The notes below the pieces were generated by a model, which ran no database searches, was not told where the DNA came from, and saw nothing but the letters and a program-made list of their open reading frames with translations. From Lingula anatina (Eukaryota > Animalia > Brachiopoda), in assembly GCA_051362555.1 (NCBI GenBank), contig CM120648.1:17294587-17358586 (forward strand): 64,000 bases of DNA, in the 5' to 3' direction. This document shows positions 1 through 14,485 of the stretch, one piece after another. Each line of letters starts with the position of its first letter. Position 1 is the first letter of the stretch. Position numbers and translations under genes: made by a program.

Positions 1-2016
1 ATATCAAAGCAGATAAGCATGGTGAAATGAGAGAGCATGTATACAATGTGCAAAAAAAAAATGATTATATCAATTTTTAAATATGTTTTATGACACAAAA
101 TATAGCCTTTCAGGCAAAGTGGTGAGGACCAGGTCATGATTTGATTCAACGATTCACATATATGAGTTTGGAGGGGCTCAGCCTCAGCAATCAGGAACCT
201 GCTTTCTCTTCAACTGTTGAAACGGCAGGGATTTCTACAACTTGAAACCGTGCACTTCTACATGGCATAACAAGACCTACTGAGTACATTAGAAAATATG
301 ACTTCCAAGTTTGACACCAAGTCTTAGGATCCAACAAAGGGACCATTCAGAACAAGATGATCCACGGACTAATAGATCCGAGAATCAAACATGGCGCCAC
401 CCACTTGAAATAGTGCAGAGCTTTAATTATTCACCACTGCTAGGCCGGCGGGCGTGGGAGGCGGAATCCATTGTCAGGTGCGACCCATATTTGATATGAG
501 GACTAGTAAGTTCGCGGATAAACTTTGTTGGGAATGCTCCAAATTGAAATAGTCCAGGAACAAGCATGTAAAATCATTCATCCTGGCTCCAAGTTTGATG
601 AAACATTCAAGATTTCAAGCAGTGAAAACATTTGCATGAAGACGAAATCATTTTCTATTGAAACCGTTAATCAAAACATCTACACTATTCAGGTAAATAA
701 GAAGGCCATATTCACTACTTCGAACGTAAGATAAGCCATCCCAACATCAATAACGCTCAGATCTTAAAAGACATTCATATCATATACACAGGGGACGTCA
801 TACTGCATTATGAAATGACGCCACAGAAAATACATGACGTTCTGAAACATTTAAAGGAATCAAAAGAAATTTTGTATTTAGGTTTTAACTTGAAAGAGGC
901 ATACAGATATTTTAGTCTCTTTGTTGAATTCTATGGTTTTCAATCTACGCTGGATTTGCTCAGTGTCTGCTCAAATAAAACGCAATACCATCTGCCTTGA
1001 ATTGGATAATCTAAAGAACATAAACATGTACGTTAGTATGATATCTGATTTGTATGCAAACAGGAAAAGCACCGTCTGGCCTCACAGCGCTTGCCATCGT
1101 TCTTTTTTACCCAGTGACGCAACTGTTTTTTTTTTTTCGACTAATTGATCAACCTCTCCAGCGTGAATCCGATTATAAAACAAGAGCGAGAATAATTCGC
1201 TGTAGACTTGTCTTGATTTAGAGCAGTTAATTGAACTTTTTATTTCATTTGCGTAATAATCTGTAACCATTGTCACATATAATAAGCAGAGAAAATTGGA
1301 TTGTTTCCCAGAATAAAAAAAGAGAAATTGCTCGGATATTGGCTGACATTAGTTATAAGATTTCACGTTGTATCATGATTCTCCTCTCTTGCGATGTGAA
1401 GTGAATCTCAATGTATTGGTGTCACGTGACTGCTACTAAATTCAGCGAAAAATATCGACGATAACCACATATATACGGGCTGTTTTACAGGGTAGGGAAT
1501 GACTAAACTGCATGCAAAAAAAAAAAAAGTAACCATGCATTAAAAAATAAAACATTTTGGAAGATAATCTCACTTCCCGGCTTGTTTCATGGAAAACAAC
1601 AATACTATTACCGACAACAAATCATTCATTCCCCTCGCTGCTCCTTCTTCATGAAGTTAAAATAAAAAAAGTGTCAAACAGTCTGTTGTGGTATTTAAAG
1701 CGTGGTGTAAACAGGGTGTAATCAGTTACCGCCAGTTTGTTTTCTCACACAGTATTGATCAGGAGAGCTAGCAGTGAGAGGCAGGAGAACAATTCAAAAC
1801 AAGCGGGGGGGGGGGGGGGGGGGGGAGGGGGAGGAGGGGGCGACAAACAGCCCTAGAGGTAATATTTCATTTATATATGAAAGTGTACACTTGATTAACA
1901 ATTAAAAAAATAAAAATAAAAATAGAAATAAAAATAGAAAACAAGGTGGGGATGTTGACAAGCAGTGTCATTAGCTATGAAGACTAGGCCACTGATATGA
2001 TACTTATAAAACATTA

Positions 2017-2988
2017 CACTAAAAGAAGTGTACACCCCTTCCTCTCTTCGACCTGCTGATCCATGTCCAAGTGATTCCAAATTTGGAGTCCAGCAGTGGT
2101 GCCTTAAATAACTCCCAACTGGAGTCAAGTTGACTCCAATGGAGTAACGCCATCCCAGACCACACAGGGGGGTCACAATTGACTCCATTTACACATCCCT
2201 TCATCTCTTGAATTATCTCTACAAAGAAGTCAGCATGACCCCATATTAAGGGGTTTTTGACTCCTTGTTACATTATTATTATTATGAAAGAAGACAACAA
2301 CAACAAAAACAGAGCCAAGCGGGGAGACAGCAGGTACCGATGATTAATGACTGGTATGTCCCCGGACGGGTTTGAACCCACGTCCTACCGCTCCTGAGGC
2401 GGATATTCTAACCGTTAGGCCATCCGGTCGCACATAACAAACACTTTGTAAATCTGGTAATAAACAGCATGACAAACATGCATTGGTGGACCAAACCTAC
2501 AACCTGGACAACAAAACCTGCTGACCTGTATACCAACATATCACATAAAGGGTGTGGCAACTGAAAGCCCGGGACAGTAATAGGTGCAAGAGTTCTGTAT
2601 GCAGAAACACACAGCAAACCACTTGTTCATGCATAAAACCAACTATGGACAATAAAGTAATGTTTGTACTGACAAAGAATGATAAAAACTTCTCTCCACG
2701 CCGACTGCACACTGCCAGCACAAGTACTGAAACGAGACTTAGTGTCCAGCGAGGGAAAAGAGTCGGTGAAAGGGGTCAGCCAGACACTGGCCCCCGGTAA
2801 TTTGACTCTGATTTAGAGTCAGATTGACTCCATTAGAGCCAGGGGGTGATTGACTCTGATAAGAGAGTCTAAAGACTCTGGTAGCGGGTTAAGTTGACCC
2901 TTATATAGGGGTCAAATTAACTCCATGAGGGTCAAGGGGTGCTGGACTCTGACTAGAGAGTCAAATGACTCCAATTTTATTCTCAGTG
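2017..2988. mobile_element. Putative non-autonomous DNA transposon (CACT...AGTG ends, CACTA/EnSpm-like) with arrays of short GAGTC/GACTC palindromic boxes
   Basis: Begins CACTAAAAG at 2017 and ends CTCAGTG at 2988. Many GAGTC-n3-4-GACTC and GGGTC/GACCC boxes cluster at 2075-2265 and 2800-2975. The TIR match beyond 4 bp is poor, so the class is tentative. Confidence 0.45.
2345..2429 (-). mobile_element. tRNA-derived SINE head (Pol III A and B boxes)
   Basis: The minus strand reads GACCGGA-TGGCCTAACGG (A box)...CCGC-CTCAGGA-GCGG stem-loop...GGGTTCAAACCC (B box). The acceptor stem is poor and there is no clean tRNA 3' end. Confidence 0.65.
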
Positions 2989-3119
2989 TTGGGACCTACG
3001 TGATAAATAACGAGTGTGTGTTTTGGGAGGTGGGGGTGGAGTAAGTCCCCGTAGCAAACCCCATCCCCTCTGCTCCTGTGCCAATGTTGATATAAAAAAT
3101 GCCAAATTTTGGTGAGTTT

Positions 3120-3121
<2 letters not shown>

Positions 3122-3161
<40 letters not shown>
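3122..3161. repeat. (TG)n microsatellite
   Basis: Perfect TG run. Confidence 0.95.
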
Positions 3162-3164
<3 letters not shown>

Positions 3165-3877
3165 AGTGAGCAAAGTCTGACATACAATCACTATAAATAC
3201 AGACGATTCCTTTCAGTAAAAGCTTGGATAACAATCATTTTCTCTTCCCTTTCTGTCTCACTGTCCAAAAACACACACCTTGCTATGATCCCATTTATTA
3301 TTATTTGTGAAGTTACTTTGGTTTTGGACGAAAGATATTGTTGACATACCGGTGCAGCGTATACTCCGAATCCCAATAAGAAAAGGTAATAACAAAATGA
3401 ATGAATGACTTAAATGACAGAGGAAACGGGATAGTGCCGTGACATTAACCGTGCACAACTGCAAACAAGTCAAAACCATATTCCCAGAATTACTGCTCGA
3501 ACATGAGATGAATATCATGCCTTGGGACCCAGCTTTTGATTATTCTTCAATCTTACTCTTTGTCATTCTGCTCACAATGTTGTTTACAATTCTAAGAAAT
3601 AAATGGTCCCTCGTGGCTCATCGCATCTCTCAGAAGTTGTCAGTTTTTGTTCAGAAATACAGTTATTCCTTTTTAAAACTCCCAAACCACATTTAAAGGA
3701 ACTCGTATTCACAATAAAATGATTGGATTCACTGACCTGCGGTCATTCTGTGGTCACGGGGCGCGTTGTGATGGTCAATTCATTCAGATTCTGTCAGATA
3801 TCGGTAACACGTCTTCATTTAGGGACTTTAATATGCAATTAGTATAAATACATGAAAAGATAGGATCAGTGTACATT

Positions 3878-4010
<133 letters not shown>

Positions 4011-5325
4011 TTTCAAATTCAAACACAAAACAAAACTATTCTTTTTTTAACATATGGATTAGGCCCGACCAAAAGCAATCAAATGTCGCATCGCGGTACT
4101 AACCTCACCTCGCTCTATAATTGACATGTAACTGAGAAATAAGCCAGGTTTGCTCTGCAGGAAAGGTCACAACAGTAAAGAGGTATTGGCAAGTTGACGC
4201 CAGAATCTAGAAATGAGGCAATTAAAGCACAGGAAACCTCCGGCTGTCCGGAGCGATTTTCTTAACGCCTTCTCGAGCTGTACAGCTCTCAGCGGTGTGT
4301 TGTGAGTTATATGTAGCAGTGACAGTGTCTATTGTGAGTCAGAGAATGTGTTAACTACAAATGGGGTCTGTTTGACCTTGTTGTAGGACTGTGCCGACCC
4401 CGTCCCACTCTGTACTAAATCACAATATATTGTGCTTTTCATGAAGTCGTCGAAATAAATATAATGTAGTATTTTCACTGTAAATAGGGACCAACATGGA
4501 AAAAGTAAGGTGGGTATATTAGCACATGACGATGTTTGTAGAACCATCATTTGGCCTACAGATAAAGTTTATGGAACAACTAGATGATGCCATGCATTTA
4601 CAGCTTAAGAGTAGGTCAATACATACACTGAATTCGGGGGGGGGGGGAGCATTCATTTCAAGAACATCAGGGCCTACAAGAATCGGAGTAGCCAAACAGC
4701 CGGCATTAAATTTGACTTCTAAAAATATTTACGTCCTGGAAATTTACCAAACTTTTGTATTTTTTACAATCACGAGGGAAATATGAAGCTTATGTATCTC
4801 AAAAAGGTCGACATATAATATCATTATTGTCAACAGCTTTTGCATTTTGGCGACCAAAGAAAAAAAGCTGAAATCTGGAGAGAAATTTCTGCTACATGAA
4901 GATTTTCCTAGCGTGGTAACGGTATGCCTCTGATAAACCCACAGGTATTATATTTCACGCACGACATGCTCTCTCGAATATAAAAAGACGACTTCGTAGT
5001 AAAGAGAAAATACACAATGAAATAAGATAAGATAAGAGTTTATTTAGCCAATTATAAAAATCGGAAAACATTTTCCTTTTGGAGCAATATACAGAGTAAA
5101 ATAATAAAATAATACAATAAATAAATAAATTAGGAATTTAGTTTTGAGATCAAATTAAAATAGTTGGAGCCAAGATGCAACAGACATACTGATAGAAGAA
5201 CAGATATTTGGACAGATAGAAAGACAGACAAACAGACAGAATTGTATATATATGAAATAAGTAATAAAAAAGAACAAATCCTTGTTTATGGTGTTAAAAT
5301 GAAAGTGCTCACATATTGTACCATA

Positions 5326-5541
5326 GACCCCATTCCCAGAGAATAGATCGATTCAACTTAGATCGACCTAACTCCCTGGGGGTTCACGCTAAATAGCTGT
5401 CAGCCAAGCGGGCATGAAAGTTAATTACCCCCCTTACAGCTTGTAGTAGGCGGGACAGACATTTAAGCCGGATTATCTGACAGTAATCTAGTGAGACTCC
5501 CCACGGGGATAGATCGATCTAAAATCTCTTGGAATACACCC
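5326..5541 (-). mobile_element. PIF/Harbinger (Tourist-like) MITE, family A copy 1
   Basis: Reverse complement of the copies at 6153 and 23293. Imperfect TIRs; 3-bp TSD ATA at 5323-5325 and 5542-5544. Confidence 0.85.
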
Positions 5542-5761
5542 ATACTCTCTCTGTTATCTGCCAGAGATCCATATACCTGTATACTATACTGCATTACACT
5601 ATTCAAGTTACAAAATAATAATAATATGTGTACATTACTCATCCAATTATTAATATTTTCACGAAAATAAAGGGTTATTTTTAAACATTGCTCAATAGAC
5701 GAGTAATATGTGAGAGTTGACGACGTCGATTACTAAACAAAACTGCAGTTCCGGAAATTAA

Positions 5762-5792
<31 letters not shown>

Positions 5793-5870
5793 CTTTTTGA
5801 GATCCGTGAATATTGGAATGATTGTTCGTGCAGCTTTAAAAGATAGTAAAAGACTTGAATATGTGCTTGA

Positions 5871-6037
5871 CAGGCCCGTAGCCAGCAATTTCAAAAGGGG
5901 GATTCTTTTTCTGAAAAAGTGGACCTTCTTCCATAAAAACTTCATGTACCTAGATCAAATTTTACCCTTAGTAGACCTTTCCCAGCAAAAGGGGTGGTTC
6001 TTTCGAACCCCCCGAACCCGCCCTGGCTACGGGCCTG
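5871..6037. mobile_element. MITE with perfect 15-bp TIRs (unclassified)
   Basis: CAGGCCCGTAGCCAG ... CTGGCTACGGGCCTG, flanked by a CTTGA direct repeat (5866-5870, 6038-6042). Confidence 0.85.
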
Positions 6038-6152
6038 CTTGAAGAGAGTATGCTAACAGCAGCGTCCTGCTTTGCACCGCTCACCATTAGGCCACGGCTA
6101 CTCGGACAACTAACAACACTGGACAAAGAAATAGCATACTGACGTCGTCTAA

Positions 6153-6366
6153 GGGCGCATTCCCATAGATTTTAGATCGATCTATCCCCGTGGGGAGTCT
6201 CACTAGATTACTGTCAGATAATCCGGCTTAAATGTTCGTCCCGCCTTCTACAAGCTGTAAGGGGGTAATTAACTTTCGTGCCCGCTCGGCTAACAGCTAT
6301 TTAGCGTGAACCCCCAGGGAGTTAGGTCGATCTAGTTGGATCGATATAATCTCTGGGAATGGGGTC
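6153..6366 (+). mobile_element. PIF/Harbinger MITE, family A copy 2
   Basis: GGGCGCATTCCC...GGGAATGGGGTC with a TAA TSD (6150-6152, 6367-6369); nearly identical to 23293-23507. Confidence 0.9.
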
Positions 6367-9300
6367 TAAAATTCCAGGAGGGGGTTGTTTCCTTGCCCAC
6401 ATTACACGGACGACAAGAACCAATGTCGATGCCAAAAACACAAACATTCAATAACTATGCCCGCATTCAGAACAGTAGACTAGTTAGTCCACGGGTCAAA
6501 TATGGCCGACCCACTTTAATACTTCCCCACGGGGAACCTATTCAGTGTCTATTAGCGGATGAGACAGCAAGCTTTTTAATCGGTCGCCATATTTGGTCCG
6601 CGGACCAGTCAGTTCTGAATACAGCCTGTAATGTCGCTCACTGACAAAGCATTTCAGAAAACAAATAAAACAATCCGAAGAATAATATTTAGGATAGTAA
6701 AGTTTTTGAATAGTTTGGCCATCTGAAGTATATATATTTAAAGGTCACGGCACAATATGAGGCTTCTTGCGCTACACTGGTTTAAGTTCCTGGAAAGATT
6801 CGCTATAACCTTTGACAAAACAACTCAGGATATCTTAGTTAGCCCTACAACAGCGATTCAGTTGTGAAGAACATGAAAACTTTAATGCCGGGGGCCTCGT
6901 GTCGTTCAGCTACTCACACTTCCAGACGGAGGAAAGTTGGATTGAATCAGCGGGCGGTTTCCATATGAGTTGACACAGGAATATCGCTTAAATTGCAGAC
7001 AAATTGTATCTGCATATATATTGGAAGATGGCTCTGTTTGATTTGTCCTTTTCGAGGTGAAAATGACTATTATTCATCCACTGGTGTTCCTCATTCTGAG
7101 AATGCAAAGCAAGCTAATCAAATCTGCAATTCACTTTAAAGCTGTTAACGATACTGACATGTAATCTTGAAGAGAAAAAATAAAAGCTTGGCATTTTCAT
7201 CTTGTAAAACTTTTTTGTTATTTAGAAAAAAAAATGATGATTTAGTCTTAATCGGGACCTTAGCAAAACACTACCAATGTGATACATATGAGTGTAAACA
7301 AGTTAAATGTTCACCTTTTCCTTTCCCCGATTTCTTCTAAATGATATCATTTTCGAAATTCTTGGCGTTCTGAATCTTTTCTAAGCGTACTCAGGCTATT
7401 ACACTGGGACTGTGCATTGCCTGACAACCCCTTGTAGTTTCACAATAACTATTTTCCTTTCACTGCAGGACCACTGCAATTATTGTTAAATGACAATACC
7501 TACACTTTCTAAAGAAACACAATTGCCATTTCCTACAGGGGACCCCCAATTGTGATTCTCCGCTCCACGCAAACAATGTTCATCCTACGCACTCTCTTGT
7601 ACCTCCATAAATTTATCTAAAACTGTATTTCAGTCGCACGGTCAAATGGAACTAAAACTCAGTAAAGCATTGACGTACAGTGTATCAATAATCAACAAAG
7701 AGAAACTACAGCGGACATTATTTTAGATGGAAACCACTGGCTTTTAATAAAAAGTAAATTGGATGCATAATTCCGGTAAAATAATGATGAAGAAGGAATT
7801 ACTAAGGATTTTGATGAAATAAAAATTAGCTCAACACGCACCAGAAGGGCATTACACGCGTCCCGTTGGTTAACATAAACCTTGCTTCACAATTACGATA
7901 AACTTCATAATCAATTGGTAACACAGTATTCTGATTTTGGCGAGGATATAATTTGTTTTGAACTTCTTTTAAACTGTTCATATTTGTCACTTATACGTAG
8001 CACCAATTCTCTCCCGGAACTATCCGCATATTCAAAGAACTTCAGTTTGATATTGTTATTCATTATGTTATATCCTTGGCATGAAGAAATTGCGCTCACA
8101 ATAAGTGTCAAAAACATTTTACTTTGTGACGCAGTCTTGATACTTACTACCAGAAATAAAGATTAAGTATGCCAGTTGGACAGCTTGATACAACGTGTAC
8201 CTGTTCGAGTTACATCAAATATACAACTGTTATTTCAAATTCCAAGTGGGGCACTTGGGCAAAAGTCCTTATTGGATGTGATGTCCTCTTGTGGCTTTAC
8301 AATAATTCCTGTAAATGATCAAAATGACGGTCCCTAACATATCTTTAAAATCAATGACATCTTTAGCAAAATAGGGTCATTTTTTGTAAGATATTCATTA
8401 ATGACAAATACAAAGTCGAGGCCTTATCTTGAAAAACGTCTTCGCGTTTTTTTCTGTTTCTTTCAAGTTACCCCCGCGTCACCTTTTGTTTCAGGAAATC
8501 GCTAGTTGGCGTGATGTTTACAATGCCTTATTAATGAAATTAAATTTGCTTGCTAAGAAAGAGTGTGACAATGTATCTCGAAGCATCTAGCAGGTGTTAA
8601 TAAGCAAGGTTAAAAGAGGTCGAGCTTTAACTGGATACACGTTGACGGCATCACTAAACCAATTTATTGGGTTTCTTATTTTATTTTTCAAAACAAACCA
8701 AGAAGTATAACTTGGAACAATATTCTTCATATTTGGTTGAAGGATTTAAACCTAAACCTGAATCTAAATGTAAATTGAATTAAAATACGGGTGTATATAT
8801 AAATGACTGAATGAATGAATAAATGAATTGGAATGCTTACAAGTATACAAAATGGGCAAGGATTAAAGCATCTTGAAATATGGTAAAACACATTGTGTTG
8901 GGAGTTGAAGCAATTTAAACTTACTTTTTACGTGTTTGAGTAACGATATTTAAAGCAACATGGGGGACAAAACTTGTAAGATAGTAGTCGCTGCCAACAT
9001 TATATTGAACTCCTACGTCTTTTTTGAAGCAAGTCTTTGTCACCCCGCGTGTCAGAGTGAACATGAATCGGGGGAGAGAAATCTGACGATGAAATCACAT
9101 ACTGATAGCAATGATAAGATTTCAGTTTTCTCAGCGACTCATTCTGGCGTACGGTGACGATGATCAAATACTGTGCAGGGATGACAGAAAAAAGCGGGAA
9201 TCTGGACCTTGAATATCGATCAGCAATCAGTAGCGGCATGGGAGCTGTCTTCAACCAGGCCGTGCTGGCTGTAAACTTGTCACTCAGATTGGCAAGCGCG

Positions 9301-10849
9301 CTTCCTGTGCCGTGAACTTTCTGAAGACAAGGCGTGTGGTTAAAATAGATAGCACCATCTTGATTGATTTTCTGTTCAAACAGACGTGACACCGCTGAGC
9401 AAAAAGGATCAAATGCACATTTTCTCTAAGATTGGAAAATACATGTTCTTCGAGGAGAGAAATGTTAACTAGTTTTGAATTAACACGTGTCCAAGTCGAG
9501 TGTAATTTTCAAAATGCGTTCACTAATCAGGACGTGCTTTTCTAACAGTATTTTCTAGCACCAGCTAATCTTATAGTCCCGGATGTTCATAGCCACATGT
9601 GAGGAATTTACATCAACATTAAATTAAGGATAAACGTTTGGTTTCATTCGAACCTAATCAGATCAAATTTTGATTAATATTCGAATATACGGTTATTCGA
9701 ACCCTGGAGGAAACAACAATGCAACTAAATATGTATTGGTCTGGGAGCGATGTTTTGATTGTCTTCTTCTCAAAAAAATTCATTGCTGTTTATTTAAGGA
9801 GAAATTAGAGTAATTTAATGTGTGAGATTAAGATTCATACATATTTCAAATTGCAGATTCCTAGAAAAGGCTCTGCGTCACTCTCTTTTGGAGAATCACT
9901 GTCAGAAAAAAAAAAGACGGAGAACAGGGCACTTCACTTTGAGAGCGGTATAAAAAGATATCTGGGGTTTAAAACCGGTTTGTCAATAAAAATCCCCTAG
10001 AGGTTTTGGCTAAGGCATATTTCCGGTATAAAAGAAAACTGCTGATGTTTTCGGTGGTTTTGCTCTATAAATGTCCAAGTCGCATTGTATGTCTCTGAAT
10101 AATAAAATATTCCATCCACCTCAAACGCCCTTTTCGAGAATTACGAAGTGGGATTTTGAAAACTGACAGTGACATGGACTTGAGAGGTATCAAAATCAGT
10201 GAGAAAGCAATCCAGAGGTGAAACAGGAATTCTTCGACCTCTGGAAAAAAAACATGTTCGTCATCCTCCTTCATGGTTCTAAACTTCTGCTATCATTCCA
10301 CTTGGAAGCTTTTATTTTCATGTCCAATGCATTTAGATTCATTAAGTTAATCGCACTGCTCAAAGGATACGAGGTCGTCTACCACATTATCACATGGGCA
10401 TGTGCACTCTTGTCATGAAAATTGCAAGATAAATTCAAATTTTTCTGCTATTATTTTCATTATTTTCATTTTTATCATCATTATTTTTTATCTTGGAAAT
10501 TGGAAACAATTGATTCCCTTGAACCACACTTCCAATTCGCTTTCTCATAGTTGCGAAGATTTAGTTGCTATTGTGCCTTTCTTTCTCATTACCGTTACAA
10601 TTGTTAATCTTATTACCGTTCTTTTCCCTTCATTATCCCCCTTTCGGTTTCTAGACCTCTTTGTTTTTTGTTGTTTTTTTTTCTGAAAAACAAATGCAAT
10701 GCCGTATATTGTATTTCAAATAAGTGGTGCCATTTTAATTTCACGACTGGTAATGTGATACATATCATAAGGACTGAAGGCCCTGCCACTTTTTTTTTTC
10801 AAATTAGTTTGACTAAGTTTTGCGTTTTCCACCTGGCTATTTTCAATTC

Positions 10850-10995
10850 CACTTCCACTGACTGAATGAAATAAACAAAAGTATGTGTCGATGGAAAATG
10901 CATTGGGTAGGGGGGGGGGGGGGGACTAGATGGGTTTTGTGGTGAAGTAATCGCAATCGCACACTGCTGTCTGATGTCAGCGATGACGTCAAAAA
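10850..10995 (-). promoter_or_regulatory. Possible core promoter (Inr-like motif plus CRE) of a leftward transcript
   Basis: Minus-strand TCATTCAGTCAGT near 10857-10869 and palindromic TGACGTCA at 10984-10991. No downstream coding exon was identified. Confidence 0.25.
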
Positions 10996-12557
10996 TAAAG
11001 CCGTCTACACTCTACCAGAGCCACAGATTGATTTTTTACTAGTTATTAACGGATATGTCTTTGGTGAAATAGATGGCTAATCTCAGCAAATATGTCCACA
11101 ATAATAACTGCGGCCCTGGTTGAAAGTAAAAGTCATCTATGAACGTAATTTACGTTGTAACTTGGGTTTAGGATTTAAATTGACTTATCGACTTCTAAGT
11201 GACTTTCCCGATTTGAGGTTAAAAGTCAAACCATTAATCTCATCCATCCAATCATGCGCAAATGACGATATAAATGACGATATCAGTGACCAGATACAAC
11301 AAGCTCTTTGGAGACAAGCAATTTATGCCCAAAGCACAGTATTTGAACAAACTGAAATATCAGTCGGCAGGTCCGTCCAAAATAATGAAAAAGTCAATTC
11401 TAATCTAGATCTGATTTGTCTCTCGGCGCGGGATCCATCATGTGGAAAGAACGTGTAAAGAAACCTAATCTAAAAACGGAAAGTTTCTAGTCATTTGTCA
11501 CTATTAAGCAAGCCAGCGTCTAAAATGTCAAATCACAGGTTAAGAAACTATCTCTAAATGCAGTAACTTGGCGGAAGAAATATCAGCTCAGTAAACAAAT
11601 AACAATCCAGGAAAATTCACTCAATGATCATCACAAATTTGATCAAATATATCAGCGCCACAACGTTGGTCTGTAGATATCTAACTACTGGATGTAATTC
11701 AATCACGAGAACGAGATGAAATAGATTCCCGATTTCGTGGCGCAAAAAGATAAGATGCGAGACCGACCAGAGGCCGTGGGGGGACCCAGGTCTAGTTATG
11801 TTCCCAGTCAAATCTAAGATATGCTGTGCTTATCGTGTTTTACTTGATTAAGACCGGCTTATCCACCGTGTAAAACACCAGGGACATATTACAGCCATAG
11901 ACATTACCCCAACCTCATTAACGCCTATTACGGCGGTTGATCAGTCTGGAGAAGAATATTGTGACGCACAACTGATAAGTAACTGAAATAATTGCCCCGT
12001 TTTGTTATCGAAGATGTAATCTGCTGTGGTTGAAATGAATTGAGACGTATCTCCGGTATGAACCATGTTCTCTGACTAACTGGTGTGCGCGAATTCTCGA
12101 CGACAAAAATGCGCATTCATAGAAGGTCACTCCAACACTGTGTAAACCCCCGCCCCCCCCCCCACCTCCCCCCCCCCCCCCCCCCCCCCCCCCGCCGACC
12201 TCCCAAACTCATAAACGAAAATTGCCCGGGCGTGTGCATGGATACAAATACCAGCTGAAACAAAATCACATCTCTTCCCTATCAAAAATATCAAGCAAAG
12301 TGCATCACTACTGCGTACTTTAAATCAAAGCTTATAATTGAAGACGTTATAAATCACTGTCAACGTTGTCTGTAAAAACTGATAAAGTGTACGTCAAAAA
12401 ATGTTAGTAATATCGAGTATCTGGTATCCTCATTAGCGTGATTCGTTAAGTCCCATTAAATCACGATGTATCTTAGCTGGCAACTAAGCACCGGCTAACC
12501 TGAAGATGATTTGTGGATGCGGGAGAGGAGGGGGAGTAGCAGAAAAGGTAGAATTTA

Positions 12558-12588
<31 letters not shown>

Positions 12589-12855
12589 GAAGACAGGAAG
12601 GAGGGAAGAAAAGAGCATTTAACCGTTTCTCCACGAACGAATTGGCAAACAATGAAGGAATAATGACATATTAGGCATTGTAGATTAAAGTAAAGACAAA
12701 GAACACGCGCCTCTTTTCCCCTGGGAAACCTGGCTCGTTTTGTTAAAAAAAAGTTTGTTTTCAGTGAACTAATAGTCAAATTTGTCTGGGGGGGGGGGGA
12801 GCTTGTGTTATTGAGGTGAGAGTTGAAACAAAGCCGATACGGAGGATAGGCAGCG

Positions 12856-12897
<42 letters not shown>

Positions 12898-14077
12898 CAG
12901 TGCTTTCCAACATCAAGGAAGCTCCTATAACTACATGTACCGACCATCTATTGTTGATGGTTATAATATTCCCTATTTATCTACTAACCTAAGTAACTTT
13001 GGTCGATTTCATGCGCAATTACGCCCTTTATAGTGAAAATGACTTTGGCGTACCCTTGCACCCAAAACGCAAACCGTGACCTTGTTAAAAAGTAAATATA
13101 AGCCACGTACCGTGAATTCTGTTTATTGCGTCTTTCTAAGAACAATGTTGTTTTCCTTTGGGGGTCGTTCATCATTCAAACTCCAGAGTAATAGACAGTT
13201 ATGTAAGCTAACAAAACGCACTGTCGGTTTTGATAAAGTACCCTTGGGCCTCTGGTAGCATTCAGTGCTATAGCCTCGATATCACGTGTTTGGGTATGGC
13301 CTAGAAAGATTGGATTCGAGGCAGTGTCTTTGAACCTGTGTTCTGGAAGCGTTTTAGTGTAAATAAATGGGTGGTTTGGAGAAACCGGATGTCTAGCCGC
13401 TGAAGCAAATTCAATCTATTTTTTCCTTCAGTCTTAGCAAAAAAGTCCTATTTATCAAACACTTATGTGATAAATGATTTGCAGAGCCAGGCTTTGGATG
13501 TCACAATCCATCAATTCATACACGGTAGATATTGGGTTATCATTCTATGAACCCTTATGGGTAATGCTTTAACATCTAAAAATACCCGCTATAGAACAAT
13601 TCACGCCGACACCGTGAAGAGGGAAACCTCTGAAAAATCCATCGTTAATTTGCTTTCATTTTGACCCCAAAACAATTTTGAATTGGATTTTCCAACATCA
13701 AAGCTGTCAATATTAAAATAATTTTTGATCTCGTTATTAATATTTGAAAGGGAATTTTCAAATACGATCACTGTCCGTCAATGCCTATGGAAGACAGTGG
13801 TTCCGAAGAGTTAACAGAAACAGGAGAGAGGAAAGAGAGACAGGGGGACAAGCGAAACCAGTGGGCTGCCATTATATTGTCCCATTCTCCATCGACATTC
13901 CAACAAATATTGCCATCTAGTGACGAGTGAGCTTTAATTGATAGATCCCGCCCCCAAGGATGACATTTGGCAATGTCTCCCAACCATTCGTTTTGTGTTG
14001 TCGATTACCGTGTCACCAAGCTGCAGTGTCTGAAACCGGGGCGTCCAATAGCTCAACACAATCTGCCAGATTCTAAG

Positions 14078-14122
14078 ACTGGGTTCCCATGCCTAGATCG
14101 ATCTAACTGGATCGACCTATCT
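14078..14122. mobile_element. Terminal fragment of a family A-related MITE
   Basis: GACTGGGTTCCCATGCCTAGATCGATC matches the start of the 18770 copy and is preceded by TAA. Confidence 0.7.
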
Positions 14123-14426
14123 ACAAGCTCTTTGCTCGACAACCAGTCGAGGAATTTTACACGGTGACATTTAATTGGATATGTTCATACGTGTGCAGTG
14201 GCTGTTTCTGGTCACTTTAAGCTATAATTGAAAACAAGTTGATTATAATATCCAAGCGTCCTCAAATGACCGTTTCATAGACATTCTCAAATGTCATCAT
14301 TAATTAAAATTAAAATAACTCAATATTAACTTCGCTATCAAGTACATAATTTGGTAATCCCTCATTAGGTGGTCAGCGTTCGCCAGCATTAGGTCAACGG
14401 AGGTCACCAGAGGTCAATTTGACCTG

Positions 14427-14428
<2 letters not shown>

Positions 14429-14483
<55 letters not shown>
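14429..14483. repeat. (CT)n microsatellite
   Basis: Perfect CT run. Confidence 0.95.

Positions 14484-14485
<2 letters not shown>

Noticed and set aside
2355-2429. tRNA gene (apparent CAG anticodon)
   Set aside because: The acceptor stem does not pair properly and there is no long variable arm as expected for tRNA-Leu; better explained as a SINE head.
9000-9392. 130-aa minus-strand ORF
   Set aside because: Non-ATG start, no recognisable motif and no convincing splice partners.
10065-10274. 69-aa ORF MKEDDEHVFF...
   Set aside because: Could be a uORF or first exon, but no homology or downstream exon could be supported.
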